DNA of 64,000 nt from Candidatus Omnitrophota bacterium (GTDB lineage Bacteria; Omnitrophota; Gorgyraeia; Zapsychrales; Zapsychraceae), in assembly GCA_029261065.1 (NCBI GenBank), contig JAJDCB010000012.1, forward strand, positions 77,430-141,429. Reading direction: 5' to 3'. A model generated the notes under the pieces. It had not been told where the DNA came from. It saw nothing but the letters and a program-made list of their open reading frames with translations, and did no database searches. The translations under genes and the position numbers were made by a program. This document shows, piece after piece, positions 1 to 9,572 of the stretch. Position 1 is the first letter of the stretch. Every line of letters starts with the position of its first letter.

Positions 1-1471
1 CAAATTCATAGTGCTCCTTAGCGGCGAGGAAATTTTGAGAAGCAAAATAGACATCTCCAAAATTGGTGTTAAACTGAGGTCCTTTTGCGCCAATTTCTTT
101 GCCCCTTTTTAAAACAACAAAGGCATCATGATATTGATCGCGTTCAATTAAAGCTGTCGCAAGATTATTATAGGGTCTTGTTTTATTGGGGGATTTTGAA
201 ACGTTATCAATCCAAAAGGTGACTTCATCATGGTAGATATAATTGCGTTGATACGTCAAGAAAGAGAATGCGATCAAAACGGTTATCGTGCTTATGTAAA
301 AGGCTCGATTATTTTTTATAAAATGAGATATGATACAAAATATTGCTATACAAAATCCTATTGAAGGTAAATACATGCGATGTTCAAAAATGACATGGGG
401 TATTGGAATAATACTTGATTCAACGAGAAGAGTTGTAAAAAACCAAAATGCACCAACTGCTAGAAGAGGCATTTTTTTATAATTTTTGAAGCTTATAAAA
501 ATAATCATTACTAATAACACAAAACTTAATAAGGTTGGTGCTTCTAAGAAACTATGTGAAATAGGAAAGTCATAATCAAATGTTTGTCCAAAGGGAAACA
601 GCAGTAAACTTATGTAATGAACGATAACTCGAAATTGTGTTAAGAGATAAGTGTAACTCGTTATAATATCGCCATCATGAGACCCTGAGACGAGTTGTCT
701 AAAAATAATTCTAGTCACATTAAATGAGAACAAAAGAGGAATAATCATGACGATGAAACTTAAAACGCTAACTAATAAAATTGTTTTATAGTTTTTTGTC
801 TTTTTAGGAGCATTTGTTTTTTCTTTGAGTAGAAAACATTCTATAAATATAATGACAAATGGCAAAGTAAAGGCGATTTCTTTTGTAAAGACGGCCATGA
901 GCGTGCTAATTAACATCAAGATAATGTAATGTTTTTTTGAGTGTGAATTTTCTGGAAGTAATCGAAATTTTAGATAGCAACACATTGATAGTAAATAAAA
1001 AAGTGTTGCTAGGGATGCAAAACGTTGACAGATGTAGGTTACGGCTTGTGTTTGTAAAGGGTGAACTAAAAACAAGAGTGCAATGCATAAAGGTAAATAT
1101 TTTTGCCTATCTGGATTATTTAGGTAGGACTTTTTTATACGTTGTGTAGCAAAAATAAGACGTACAAACCACCAAAGAAGAAGTGCGTTAATAATATGAA
1201 TGAAGGTATTTGTTATGTGATAGCCAAAGACATTCAGTTTATGGAAATGATAATTAAGAGCAAAGCTCATAAGCCCCACAAAACGTGATTTATAAAAATG
1301 CCATTTTCCTTTAATGTCGGCTAGGTTTTTAATATGTTCGTTTAAGACGATAAACGGCTTGTCATCGAATTGAAATTCGGAGTGAAACGAGTTGGAATAT
1401 ATGGCAAGCCCTAAACAAATGATGATTGCAGTTGCTATAAGTTTGAATTTAATTGTTAAAGGTTTAGTCAT
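1..1471 (-). CDS. Membrane glycosyltransferase-like protein, GT-C fold (PMT/ArnT-like), with a C-terminal TPR tail. Partial: the 3' end runs beyond the window start.
   Basis: Hand translation of the minus strand from the ATG at 1469-1471 gives about 490 codons with no stop to the window edge. It is missing from the ORF track, presumably because no stop lies in the window. The product has many hydrophobic helices, an early FQFDD loop motif and a TPR-like C-terminal region. It ends 22 nt before the downstream 838-aa TPR gene. Confidence 0.5.
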   Translation of the reverse strand, partial: MTKPLTIKFKLIATAIIICLGLAIYSNSFHSEFQFDDKPFIVLNEHIKNLADIKGKWHFYKSRFVGLMSFALNYHFHKLNVFGYHITNTFIHIINALLLWWFVRLIFATQRIKKSYLNNPDRQKYLPLCIALLFLVHPLQTQAVTYICQRFASLATLFYLLSMCCYLKFRLLPENSHSKKHYIILMLISTLMAVFTKEIAFTLPFVIIFIECFLLKEKTNAPKKTKNYKTILLVSVLSFIVMIIPLLFSFNVTRIIFRQLVSGSHDGDIITSYTYLLTQFRVIVHYISLLLFPFGQTFDYDFPISHSFLEAPTLLSFVLLVMIIFISFKNYKKMPLLAVGAFWFFTTLLVESSIIPIPHVIFEHRMYLPSIGFCIAIFCIISHFIKNNRAFYISTITVLIAFSFLTYQRNYIYHDEVTFWIDNVSKSPNKTRPYNNLATALIERDQYHDAFVVLKRGKEIGAKGPQFNTNFGDVYFASQNFLAAKEHYEF

Positions 1472-1492
1472 AAATGTTTTAAATTGTTCGAA

Positions 1493-4009
1493 CTAAGGGG
1501 TGTTTTCTTTAATCCATTCGATACGTTCTTTAGCAAATTTTAGTTCATCTGTTTCAAATTTGATAACTTTTTTATAAACAATTCTGGCTTTATCCCACTC
1601 TTCTTTGTCTTCGAAAATGCGTGCAATACGTAGATAGGCTTTAACATTTAATTGTTTTTCTTCTGGATAAAGGTAAGGAATTTTTAAATACTCCTCCATG
1701 GAGCGTTTGGTATTGTTGATACTTTCATAGGTATCAGCAATGAGGAATTGAATTTCAGCATCTTTAATTTGGCTTAAACCAGTTTTAGATTTTAAGGCTT
1801 TACTATAAGATTCTATGACTTTAGTGTGTTGTTTAGTTGTTTTATGCACTTCAGCAATTTTTATATGGGCATCCCTCTTGAATTCTGGGGAAACCGTTAA
1901 GATATCTTCATATGTTGTAATGGCTGATTCAGGATCTAATTCTCTAGAAAAAATATCCGCTATAGCTAAGCGTGCTTTAGCAAATATTTCTCGGTCATTT
2001 TTTTCACTTACTCTTTTATACGCATCAATGGCTTTATCAAATTCACTCTGAGCTTCATATGTTTGTCCTAATTCAAAGAAGACAAGATCGATTTTTTCAC
2101 TTCCAGGAAATTGATGAATAAATTGTTTGTAGTAGGCTTCAGCCGCTTCAAACTCAGCTGATTGAAGATAGTGATCCCCTAACCAAATGAGGGCCTCTTG
2201 AGCAATGTCTGACTCAGGATATTTAAAAAGTAAAATTTTAAGTTTCTTTATAGCTTCTTTGGGGTCATCTAAATTATAAAGACATTTCGCGATATTTAAC
2301 TCTGCTAATTTAATGAGATTTGATTGAGTGGGAAAGCTACGCACAATTTTTTGAAAAGATTTTATGGCTGGCGTATAGTTATTTAAATTGAAATTGGATA
2401 AGCCTTGAATGTAATAACTTTCCGCTAAAAATTCTGAAGAGCCGGAATGCCCATCAATAAATTGATTAATGTATTCATTGGCAATATTCCATTCTTTTTT
2501 CTTAAAATAAGCAACGGAAAGATAATAATTAATATCATTGAGATATTTGCTTTCAGGAAAGTTGGCTTTTAGGCTTTGGAAGGATAACGTTGCTGTGTCT
2601 ATTTTGTCCATTTTAAGCAAGGCAATTCCTTGACGGTATTGAACATAATCAGTATAGGGGCTGTTTGAGTATTCTTTTAAAATGTCATCGTAGAATTCGA
2701 TTGATTTTTCTAACTCACCAGCATCTTGATAAGCATCTCCTATTTGGGTTAATGCACTAATTTTGACCACATCACTGTCGGTGCTATCTTTCACTGTTTG
2801 AAAAATGGTTACGGCTTGATCAATTTTTCCTGATTTTAAATGAGACCAGGCTAGTCCGAAATAAGCTTTCTCTAGGATATCGGTTGAATTTTGATCTTTG
2901 TTTTTATTGGCAGCAGTTAGTTTTATTTTTAAGAGTTCGATAAGTTCTTTGTAGGTTGTAATGGCATTAGAATATTTTTTTAACATATAATAAGTATTGG
3001 CCTTGCCAAGAAGAGATTCATGAATGCGTCGGCTATTAGGGAACAACTCTACAAGTTGCGTATAGGCATCAAGTGCTTTTTGCGGTTCACCCGTCTCGGT
3101 ATGCAAATTAGCTAATCCTAAAAAAACGTCATCAGATAAACTTCCCTTTTCTTGGGAGTAGGCCAGGGCTTCGTTAAAATGTTGCTCAGATAATTTGTAC
3201 TTTTGAAGTTTGAGATAGCTCCAGCCTAGACTCACCTTAGACATTAAAATGAGCTTACTATCATAAGCTTGATCGGCGGCTTTCGCATAAAAAGTTATGG
3301 CTTCCAAATAATTTTCGATGTTGTAGTGTGCTTCCCCGATGTAGAAATGTGCTTCAGATTGTTTAGTCGAATTTGGAAATCTTCTTAAGTAATCCTGAAA
3401 GTAAGCAATAGACTTATCAAAATCTTGGACATTAAATTCTGTTTCTCCTAATTTAAAAGCGGCATCTTCACTTAATTGATGAATGGGATAAGATTTTATG
3501 AGAGTTTTAAAGGTTTCACGGGCTTGTTTGTATTGTCCTTGGTCAAAATAAGCCCAACCAAGAGAATAATAAGCCTGAGGTGTATAAATAGAATCGGGAA
3601 AGAGTTCTATGAGTTGATTATAATGTTTTTGAGCATCTGCATAGTGAAAGCCTTTTAAATATGTCTCCCCTAACCAAAAAAGCGTGGCATCTTTGTATTC
3701 TTTGTGGACTAATAACTTTTCAAATACATCAAAAGCTTTTAGATATTGGCTTTGAAAGAAATAGCATTGGCCAAGAAGCAGGTTTGCTTTAATACGTTTA
3801 TCCGTTTGTGGGTACTCTTTGAGAAGTTGATCAATGTAGCGGATTGCTACATCATAGAATCCATCCTCAAATGCCTTTTGAGCCACAATAAAAAGGTCCT
3901 GATTGCTCATTTGGGCATAGCTTTTTTGGGTTGGCGGTAAGTTAAAAAAAACAATGAGGCCGATAAGTAATATTTTGATATAGGTGTTTTTTAGGAATGA
4001 CATCAGCAT
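1493..4009 (-). CDS. Large secreted tetratricopeptide-repeat (TPR) protein
   Basis: 838-aa ORF with an N-terminal signal-like hydrophobic segment, followed by more than 15 TPR-like helical repeats (W-LG-Y, A-F, P motifs). Confidence 0.7.
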   Translation of the reverse strand: MLMSFLKNTYIKILLIGLIVFFNLPPTQKSYAQMSNQDLFIVAQKAFEDGFYDVAIRYIDQLLKEYPQTDKRIKANLLLGQCYFFQSQYLKAFDVFEKLLVHKEYKDATLFWLGETYLKGFHYADAQKHYNQLIELFPDSIYTPQAYYSLGWAYFDQGQYKQARETFKTLIKSYPIHQLSEDAAFKLGETEFNVQDFDKSIAYFQDYLRRFPNSTKQSEAHFYIGEAHYNIENYLEAITFYAKAADQAYDSKLILMSKVSLGWSYLKLQKYKLSEQHFNEALAYSQEKGSLSDDVFLGLANLHTETGEPQKALDAYTQLVELFPNSRRIHESLLGKANTYYMLKKYSNAITTYKELIELLKIKLTAANKNKDQNSTDILEKAYFGLAWSHLKSGKIDQAVTIFQTVKDSTDSDVVKISALTQIGDAYQDAGELEKSIEFYDDILKEYSNSPYTDYVQYRQGIALLKMDKIDTATLSFQSLKANFPESKYLNDINYYLSVAYFKKKEWNIANEYINQFIDGHSGSSEFLAESYYIQGLSNFNLNNYTPAIKSFQKIVRSFPTQSNLIKLAELNIAKCLYNLDDPKEAIKKLKILLFKYPESDIAQEALIWLGDHYLQSAEFEAAEAYYKQFIHQFPGSEKIDLVFFELGQTYEAQSEFDKAIDAYKRVSEKNDREIFAKARLAIADIFSRELDPESAITTYEDILTVSPEFKRDAHIKIAEVHKTTKQHTKVIESYSKALKSKTGLSQIKDAEIQFLIADTYESINNTKRSMEEYLKIPYLYPEEKQLNVKAYLRIARIFEDKEEWDKARIVYKKVIKFETDELKFAKERIEWIKENTP

Positions 4010-4064
4010 ATTATAACAAAGATTTGTATGGGTTTTATAACGTTTTTAAATGAATAGATAGGTG

Positions 4065-6854
4065 TTAATTTAGCAAGGGTTTTAAGTATTTGCCTGTGTG
4101 AGATTTTTTGTGTTTGATGATTTCCTCAGGCGTTCCTGCAAAAACAAGCTCCCCTCCTTTATCTCCTCCATCAGGACCAAGATCAATCAGATAATCAGCA
4201 TTTTTGATGACTTCTAGGTTGTGTTCAATGACTAAAACGGTATTGCCTTTATCCACGAGGCGTTGTAACACAGAAAGAAGTTTTTCTACATCAGCGAAAT
4301 GGAGACCGGTTGTTGGTTCATCTAGGATGTAAAAAGTATTGCCTGTGGAGTGTTTGCATAGTTCGCTGGCTAATTTAACGCGTTGCGCCTCCCCTCCAGA
4401 TAATGTTGTTGCCTGTTGCCCTAAACGAATATAACCTAGGCCGACATCTTTTAAGGTTTTTAAAATTTTATTCACGCGGGGGATTTTATCAAAAAGCTCG
4501 ATGGCGTCTAAAACAGATAAATTCAACACATCACTAATGGTATGTCCTTTAAAGGCTACCTCTAACGTTTGTTCGGTAAAGCGTTTCCCATGGCAGATTT
4601 CGCATTCAACATAAACATCCGGTAAAAAATGCATTTCAATCTTTTTAATCCCATCCCCACGACAAGCTTCACAACGGCCTCCCTTTACATTGAAGCTAAA
4701 TCTTCCTGGTTTGTAGCCTCTCATTTTACTTTCTGGTAATTGGCAAAATAAATTTCTGACGTGGCTAAAGATTCCTGTGTATGTAGCGGGATTTGAACGT
4801 GGCGTTCGACCTATAGGGGATTGATCGACCTCAATTATTTTATCAATGTATTTAATCCCTATTATTTTCTTATGTTTTCCAGGCTTTTCTTTAGAGTGAT
4901 AGATTTTTTGAGCAAGAGCTTTGTAGAGGATTTCATCAACCAAAGTTGATTTTCCAGAGCCTGAGACGCCTGTTACGCAAACAAAACTTTTTAGAGGAAT
5001 AGTAATGTCGATATTTTTTAGATTATTTTCTTCGGCTCCTAGAATTTTTAAAATTTTATCTGCATGCATTTTTCTACGTGATGCTGGTAGCGGTATTGTT
5101 TTTCGACCGCTAAGGTACTGACCTGTTAAAGATTTTCGCGACTTTAAAAGTCCTGGCGTTGTACCAGCATAAATAATCTCCCCACCATACTCCCCTGCCC
5201 CTGGGCCTAAATCAATGACATAATCGGATTTTCGAATGGTATCTTCATCGTGTTCCACAACGATAAGAGAGTTTCCTAGATCTCTTAAATCATGAAGGGT
5301 TGCTAATAATCTTTCGTTATCTTTTTGATGAAGGCCAATGCTTGGTTCATCCAACACATAAACGACACCAACAAGGGCTGAGCCCACTTGCGTGGCTAAA
5401 CGAATACGTTCCGCCTCGCCACCTGAAAGCGTGCCGCTCTTGCGATTTAAAGTGAGATATTCTAGGCCAACATTGATGCAAAAATCTAAGCGACGGAGAA
5501 TTTCTTTAAGTATTTGTTCGCTGATCGTTTTATGATCTTTATTAAGTTTTATTGTGGAGAAGAATTTTTTAGCCTCTTTAATGGAATACTCTGTAACCTC
5601 GGCTATATTGCGTTGATTAATTTTGATAGCCAAAGCTTCTGGTTTTAATCGTGTTCCCCTACATTTGGGACATGGCAGGACAGACATGTAGCGTGTGATC
5701 TCCTCCCTTAACCAATCACTATCTGTATCTTTAAACATTCTCTCTAAATAATTAATAACCCCTTCATAAGGTTTACGCCATATTTCATCCGATGAACCAA
5801 AAAAGATAATTTTTTTAAACTTTTGAGACAGAGTATTAAAAGGGGCGTAAGCATCTTCTTCATAAAGTACGGCTAATTCGCGCATGACAGCGCGATAATA
5901 CATCAGATATCCACGCCTTCCCTTTTGGACTGGAGCAATCGCATTGACCCACGCTTTGGATGGATCTGGAACCAAAAGCTCTGGGTCGATTTCCATTTTA
6001 GTCCCTAAACCGTTACACACGACACAGGCCCCGTAGGGTGAATTAAAAGAAAAGGTTCTTGGTTCTATTTCGGATATATTGATCCCACAATCAACGCAGG
6101 CAAATTTTTCACTAAACATTTTTTCAGGTTTGGATTTATCAAATTCAACAATCAACAATCCTTGACCAACGCTAAGGGCGGTTTCAATTGAGTCCGTTAG
6201 GCGTTTTTTTATTGAAGGCTTCATTTTGAGTCGATCAACAACGACTTCGATATTATGAACTTTGTATTTATCTAGTTTGAGTTCTTCTGAAATTTCCTGA
6301 ATAGTACCGTCAACACGAATGCGTGCAAAGCCAGCTTTAGCAACCTGTTTTGTGATTTGACGATATTCGCCCTTTCGACCTTGAATGAGCGGAGCTAAAA
6401 CGGTTATGGGAGTGCCTTCTTTTTCTTTAGTGAGCTGAGAAACGATTTCTTGAGTTGATTGACGCTCAATTTTTTTGCCACATTTATGACAGTAGGGAAT
6501 TCCGATTCGAGCAAATAATAATCGAAGATAGTCAAAAAGTTCTGTTTGGGTGGCTACTGTTGAACGGGGATTACGACTGGTTGTTTTTTGTTCAATAGAT
6601 ATGGTTGGCGATAGGCCTTCAATGGACTCCACATCTGGTTTTTGGAGTTGTTCTAAGAATTGACGCGCATAGGCAGATAAACTTTCAACATAACGGCGTT
6701 GGCCTTCGGCATAGATTGTATCGAAGGCGAGAGATGATTTGCCAGAGCCGCTTAAACCTGTAATGACAACAAACTTATTGCGGGGAATTTTAAGCGAGAT
6801 GTTCTTTAGGTTGTGCTCTTTGGCTCCTCGAATTATGATGGCATCAGATTTCAC
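4065..6854 (-). CDS. uvrA: Excinuclease ABC subunit A
   Basis: 929 aa. Two ABC ATPase modules ([14 protein letters not shown] and [11 protein letters not shown] Walker A; LSGGE signatures) and zinc-finger Cys clusters. Confidence 0.95.
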   Translation of the reverse strand: MKSDAIIIRGAKEHNLKNISLKIPRNKFVVITGLSGSGKSSLAFDTIYAEGQRRYVESLSAYARQFLEQLQKPDVESIEGLSPTISIEQKTTSRNPRSTVATQTELFDYLRLLFARIGIPYCHKCGKKIERQSTQEIVSQLTKEKEGTPITVLAPLIQGRKGEYRQITKQVAKAGFARIRVDGTIQEISEELKLDKYKVHNIEVVVDRLKMKPSIKKRLTDSIETALSVGQGLLIVEFDKSKPEKMFSEKFACVDCGINISEIEPRTFSFNSPYGACVVCNGLGTKMEIDPELLVPDPSKAWVNAIAPVQKGRRGYLMYYRAVMRELAVLYEEDAYAPFNTLSQKFKKIIFFGSSDEIWRKPYEGVINYLERMFKDTDSDWLREEITRYMSVLPCPKCRGTRLKPEALAIKINQRNIAEVTEYSIKEAKKFFSTIKLNKDHKTISEQILKEILRRLDFCINVGLEYLTLNRKSGTLSGGEAERIRLATQVGSALVGVVYVLDEPSIGLHQKDNERLLATLHDLRDLGNSLIVVEHDEDTIRKSDYVIDLGPGAGEYGGEIIYAGTTPGLLKSRKSLTGQYLSGRKTIPLPASRRKMHADKILKILGAEENNLKNIDITIPLKSFVCVTGVSGSGKSTLVDEILYKALAQKIYHSKEKPGKHKKIIGIKYIDKIIEVDQSPIGRTPRSNPATYTGIFSHVRNLFCQLPESKMRGYKPGRFSFNVKGGRCEACRGDGIKKIEMHFLPDVYVECEICHGKRFTEQTLEVAFKGHTISDVLNLSVLDAIELFDKIPRVNKILKTLKDVGLGYIRLGQQATTLSGGEAQRVKLASELCKHSTGNTFYILDEPTTGLHFADVEKLLSVLQRLVDKGNTVLVIEHNLEVIKNADYLIDLGPDGGDKGGELVFAGTPEEIIKHKKSHTGKYLKPLLN

Positions 6855-6944
6855 GTATTATTTCCCAAAATCGTTTTAGTACAAAACAGCCCTTGTAGGA
6901 TACGAAGGTACAAGGGCCGTTTATGCATTTTACCAAAAAAAGGC

Positions 6945-7361
6945 TTATTTTCTCTTTGCAGCCTTTTTCTTAGTTGCTTTTTTCTTTGCAGCTTTCTTCT
7001 TTGTTGCTTTCTTCTTTGTTGCTTTCTTCTTTGTTGCTTTCTTCTTTGTTGCTTTTTTCTTTGCTGCTTTTTTCTTTGTTGCTTTCTTCTTAGTTGTTTT
7101 CTTTTTAGCAGCTTTTTTCTTTGCTTTTCTTTTACCACCGCGAACCATCTTAGCGCAAGAGATGTCACCGTTTTTATCTATAAAGTAGAGAAACCCAGCT
7201 TCTTTTTTGATTCCAACCTTTGCTACTTTTTTAGGTTTTCCCCCTTTTTTATTTCCACGAGCCATCTGTGCACAAGAAATGTCGCCAGCTTTGTCTACGA
7301 AGTAAAGGTATCCCTTTTGCTTCTTGATTCCTACTTTAGCAACTTTCTTAGCCATATGCAT
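6945..7361 (-). CDS. Histone H1-like lysine/alanine-rich DNA-binding protein. The N-terminus is a duplicated ~35-aa domain.
   Basis: Two copies of a KKVAKVGIKK-GYLYF-DK-GDISCA-M domain, then a KKKAT/KKKAA tail encoded by 15-bp tandem repeats (6960-7110). Confidence 0.6.
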   Translation of the reverse strand: MHMAKKVAKVGIKKQKGYLYFVDKAGDISCAQMARGNKKGGKPKKVAKVGIKKEAGFLYFIDKNGDISCAKMVRGGKRKAKKKAAKKKTTKKKATKKKAAKKKATKKKATKKKATKKKATKKKAAKKKATKKKAAKRK

Positions 7362-7404
7362 TCACCCCCTTTCTTTCTATTTATAGTGTTAGTGATAATA
7401 ATAA

Positions 7405-7429
7405 TGTCATTCCTCCGGAAGCGGGAATC
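7405..7429. repeat. Family A dRS3-like palindromic repeat unit (solo arm)
   Basis: gtcattcctccggaagcgggaatc matches the ATTCC(C)-N8-GGGAAT core seen at seven other loci. Confidence 0.6.
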
Positions 7430-7471
7430 TTAAAATAACGACACTATTACTTCTACTATATTTATTGCCCT

Positions 7472-8305
7472 TTAAGTTCCTATAAATATTCCCGTACAAT
7501 ATTGTTTTAACGTTTGTATCCCCGATAGTACGGCTAAATAACTTGTCTTCGGATTATCAGGGCAGACCAAATTTTCTGTGCGCGTCACCATTTTTCCAAA
7601 ATCCCCGACCATTTCTATTTCATGCGAATTGGTTTTAAAATGGGGAGAACATAATATGCGTACTTTAAGTTTATTTTTACATTGAGAGGCAAGAGCCACG
7701 GTCGCTGCTACATTAATATTCTGAGGGAAATATTTAACAGCGGATGCTACAGATCCGCTAAAAATTTCAGTTTCTTTTTTTATTTTGGAGATGTTTATTT
7801 TATTTTTTATAAAATAAGGACTGTCTTTTAGTCCGGATGGATTTTTTCGTGTGGTGAGTGTAATAGATTTGATGTTGACTAAACTGGCGGCTTTAATAGC
7901 ATCAATTCCAGCAATGGCGCCTGAGGGTAGTAGAATTTGGCAATTATTCTTTTTAGCCAATGTAAAAAGATTATCAGCATCTAGAAGTTTTCCAACGCTC
8001 ATGGCAAGGACGCTTCTTTTGGCTTTTAAGGCTTGTGCAATGATTTGTTTTGTATTATCGGCGTTAATCGCTTCGACCATACAGTCACAACTTTTTATCA
8101 AATCGTTGAGAGAAGTTTTTACGCTTTTTAAACTTTTAAGAGATTTAGCAAGTTTAAAAGCTTTCTCCTCGTGTATATCATAAAGCCCTGAAACATGGCA
8201 AAAATTCTTTAAATCTTTTTTTATACTGTCTGCAATCCGTGATCCAATCGCCCCGCATCCAACAATGCCGACTTTAAGCTGCACCCTTTTCTTTTTTTGC
8301 GTCAT
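7472..8305 (-). CDS. nadX: L-aspartate dehydrogenase (NadX family)
   Basis: 277 aa. N-terminal GIVGCGAIG Rossmann motif, and a length typical of the Asp-DH/DUF108 family. nadA is elsewhere in the window and no nadB is seen. Confidence 0.6.
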   Translation of the reverse strand: MTQKKKRVQLKVGIVGCGAIGSRIADSIKKDLKNFCHVSGLYDIHEEKAFKLAKSLKSLKSVKTSLNDLIKSCDCMVEAINADNTKQIIAQALKAKRSVLAMSVGKLLDADNLFTLAKKNNCQILLPSGAIAGIDAIKAASLVNIKSITLTTRKNPSGLKDSPYFIKNKINISKIKKETEIFSGSVASAVKYFPQNINVAATVALASQCKNKLKVRILCSPHFKTNSHEIEMVGDFGKMVTRTENLVCPDNPKTSYLAVLSGIQTLKQYCTGIFIGT

Positions 8306-9156
8306 CGTGCGTTAAATATAATGTTATCAATCAAGCGTGTTTTACCAAAATAGGTAGCCAGCGCAATAATTGTTCGTCCATGTAAGTGTTTTATAGGCAT
8401 TAGTGTTTTTCCATCGATACAAGTAACATATTGTATGCTCGCTTTTGTGTTCTCGTTAATGATCTTTCGAATCAATGTTTCTAGTCGTTTTGGCTTTATT
8501 GTTGATTTTTGAGCCCGTTGTTTAGCCATTTTAAGCGATTTATAGAGATATATTGCTTCTTTGCGTTGTGTCTTTGAAAGATGAGCGTTTCTTGAACTCA
8601 TCGCAAGGCCATCTTTTTCCCGAATGGTTTCGCCTATTTTTATTTGAGTTGAAAAATTTAAATCCTGAACCATCCTCTTTATTACAAAAGCTTGTTGGAT
8701 GTCTTTTTGTCCAAGATACATTGTGTGCGGTTTAACTATATTTAGGAATTTTGCCACAACCGTTGCAACACCCTTAAAATGGTTTTTTCGAAATTGACCG
8801 CATAAATGCTTTGTTATATCTTCAACTTCAATATATGTCAAAAAGCCTGACGGATACATCTCTTTTATCGACGGATAAAATATTATATCAATATTTTCTT
8901 TTTTTGCCAATAAATCATCACTTTTTTTCTGACGAGGATATTTCTTAAAATCTTCATTTGGACCGAATTGTGTGGGGTTTACAAAAACGCTAACAATTGT
9001 TAAATCATTTTCTCGTCGAGATTTTCTCATTAAGGATAAATGTCCTTTATGAAAAGCGCCCATGGTTGGAACAAAGCCAATGGATTTATTTTTAGCTTTT
9101 TCTTTTTTTAAATGTTGCTGTAAGGATTTTGTGGAATTAAATATTTTCATCGGCAA
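8302..9156 (-). CDS. panC: Pantoate--beta-alanine ligase
   Basis: 284 aa. PTMGAFHKGHLSLM HIGH-type motif, QFGPNEDF, SSRN motif. Confidence 0.9.
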   Translation of the reverse strand: MPMKIFNSTKSLQQHLKKEKAKNKSIGFVPTMGAFHKGHLSLMRKSRRENDLTIVSVFVNPTQFGPNEDFKKYPRQKKSDDLLAKKENIDIIFYPSIKEMYPSGFLTYIEVEDITKHLCGQFRKNHFKGVATVVAKFLNIVKPHTMYLGQKDIQQAFVIKRMVQDLNFSTQIKIGETIREKDGLAMSSRNAHLSKTQRKEAIYLYKSLKMAKQRAQKSTIKPKRLETLIRKIINENTKASIQYVTCIDGKTLMPIKHLHGRTIIALATYFGKTRLIDNIIFNAR

Positions 9157-9571
9157 AATGAATGCTTTCTTCAGGTGCTATTTCGGCCAAAGGTTTAAGG
9201 ACAAATTCACGTTCTTTGATGCGTGGGTGAGGAATTTTTAAATTCGGTTCATTGATTGTTAATTGATCAAAAATTAGAATATCGATATCAATTGTGCGTG
9301 GACCATTTTCTATATTGCGCACACGATGCAATTGAGACTCAATTTGGTGGATCAAAGTTAATAATTCGTGTGGTGAGAATTGAGTTTCAATTTTTATCAC
9401 CCCATTAAGGAATAATCCTTGATGGGGAGGCCCACCGACAGGTTCGGTTTCTAAATAGGTGGATTGTTTGAGGAGATGACAGCCATTTTTTGAAAGGTGC
9501 ATTATGGCTGTATTTAAATAGTTCTGCCGATCGCCTAGATTTGAACCTAAACCCAAATAAACAATGGACAA
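9137..9571 (-). CDS. folK: 2-amino-4-hydroxy-6-hydroxymethyldihydropteridine pyrophosphokinase (HPPK), copy 1
   Basis: LGLGSNLGDR start, ETEPVG, GPRTIDIDIL motifs. Confidence 0.85.
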   Translation of the reverse strand: MSIVYLGLGSNLGDRQNYLNTAIMHLSKNGCHLLKQSTYLETEPVGGPPHQGLFLNGVIKIETQFSPHELLTLIHQIESQLHRVRNIENGPRTIDIDILIFDQLTINEPNLKIPHPRIKEREFVLKPLAEIAPEESIHFADENI

Positions 9572-9572
9572 T

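Noticed and set aside
6960-7110. Regular 15-bp tandem repeats, considered as a CRISPR array
   Set aside because: Period is far too short, there are no spacers, and the repeats are in-frame coding for KKKAT pentapeptides.
6813-7433. 206-aa plus-strand ORF and 105-aa minus-strand ORF (6851-7168) across the lysine-rich gene
   Set aside because: These are low-complexity shadow frames generated by the 15-bp tandem repeat (poly-CFLL / QQRKK translations). The 138-aa KKKAT frame has the coherent domain structure.
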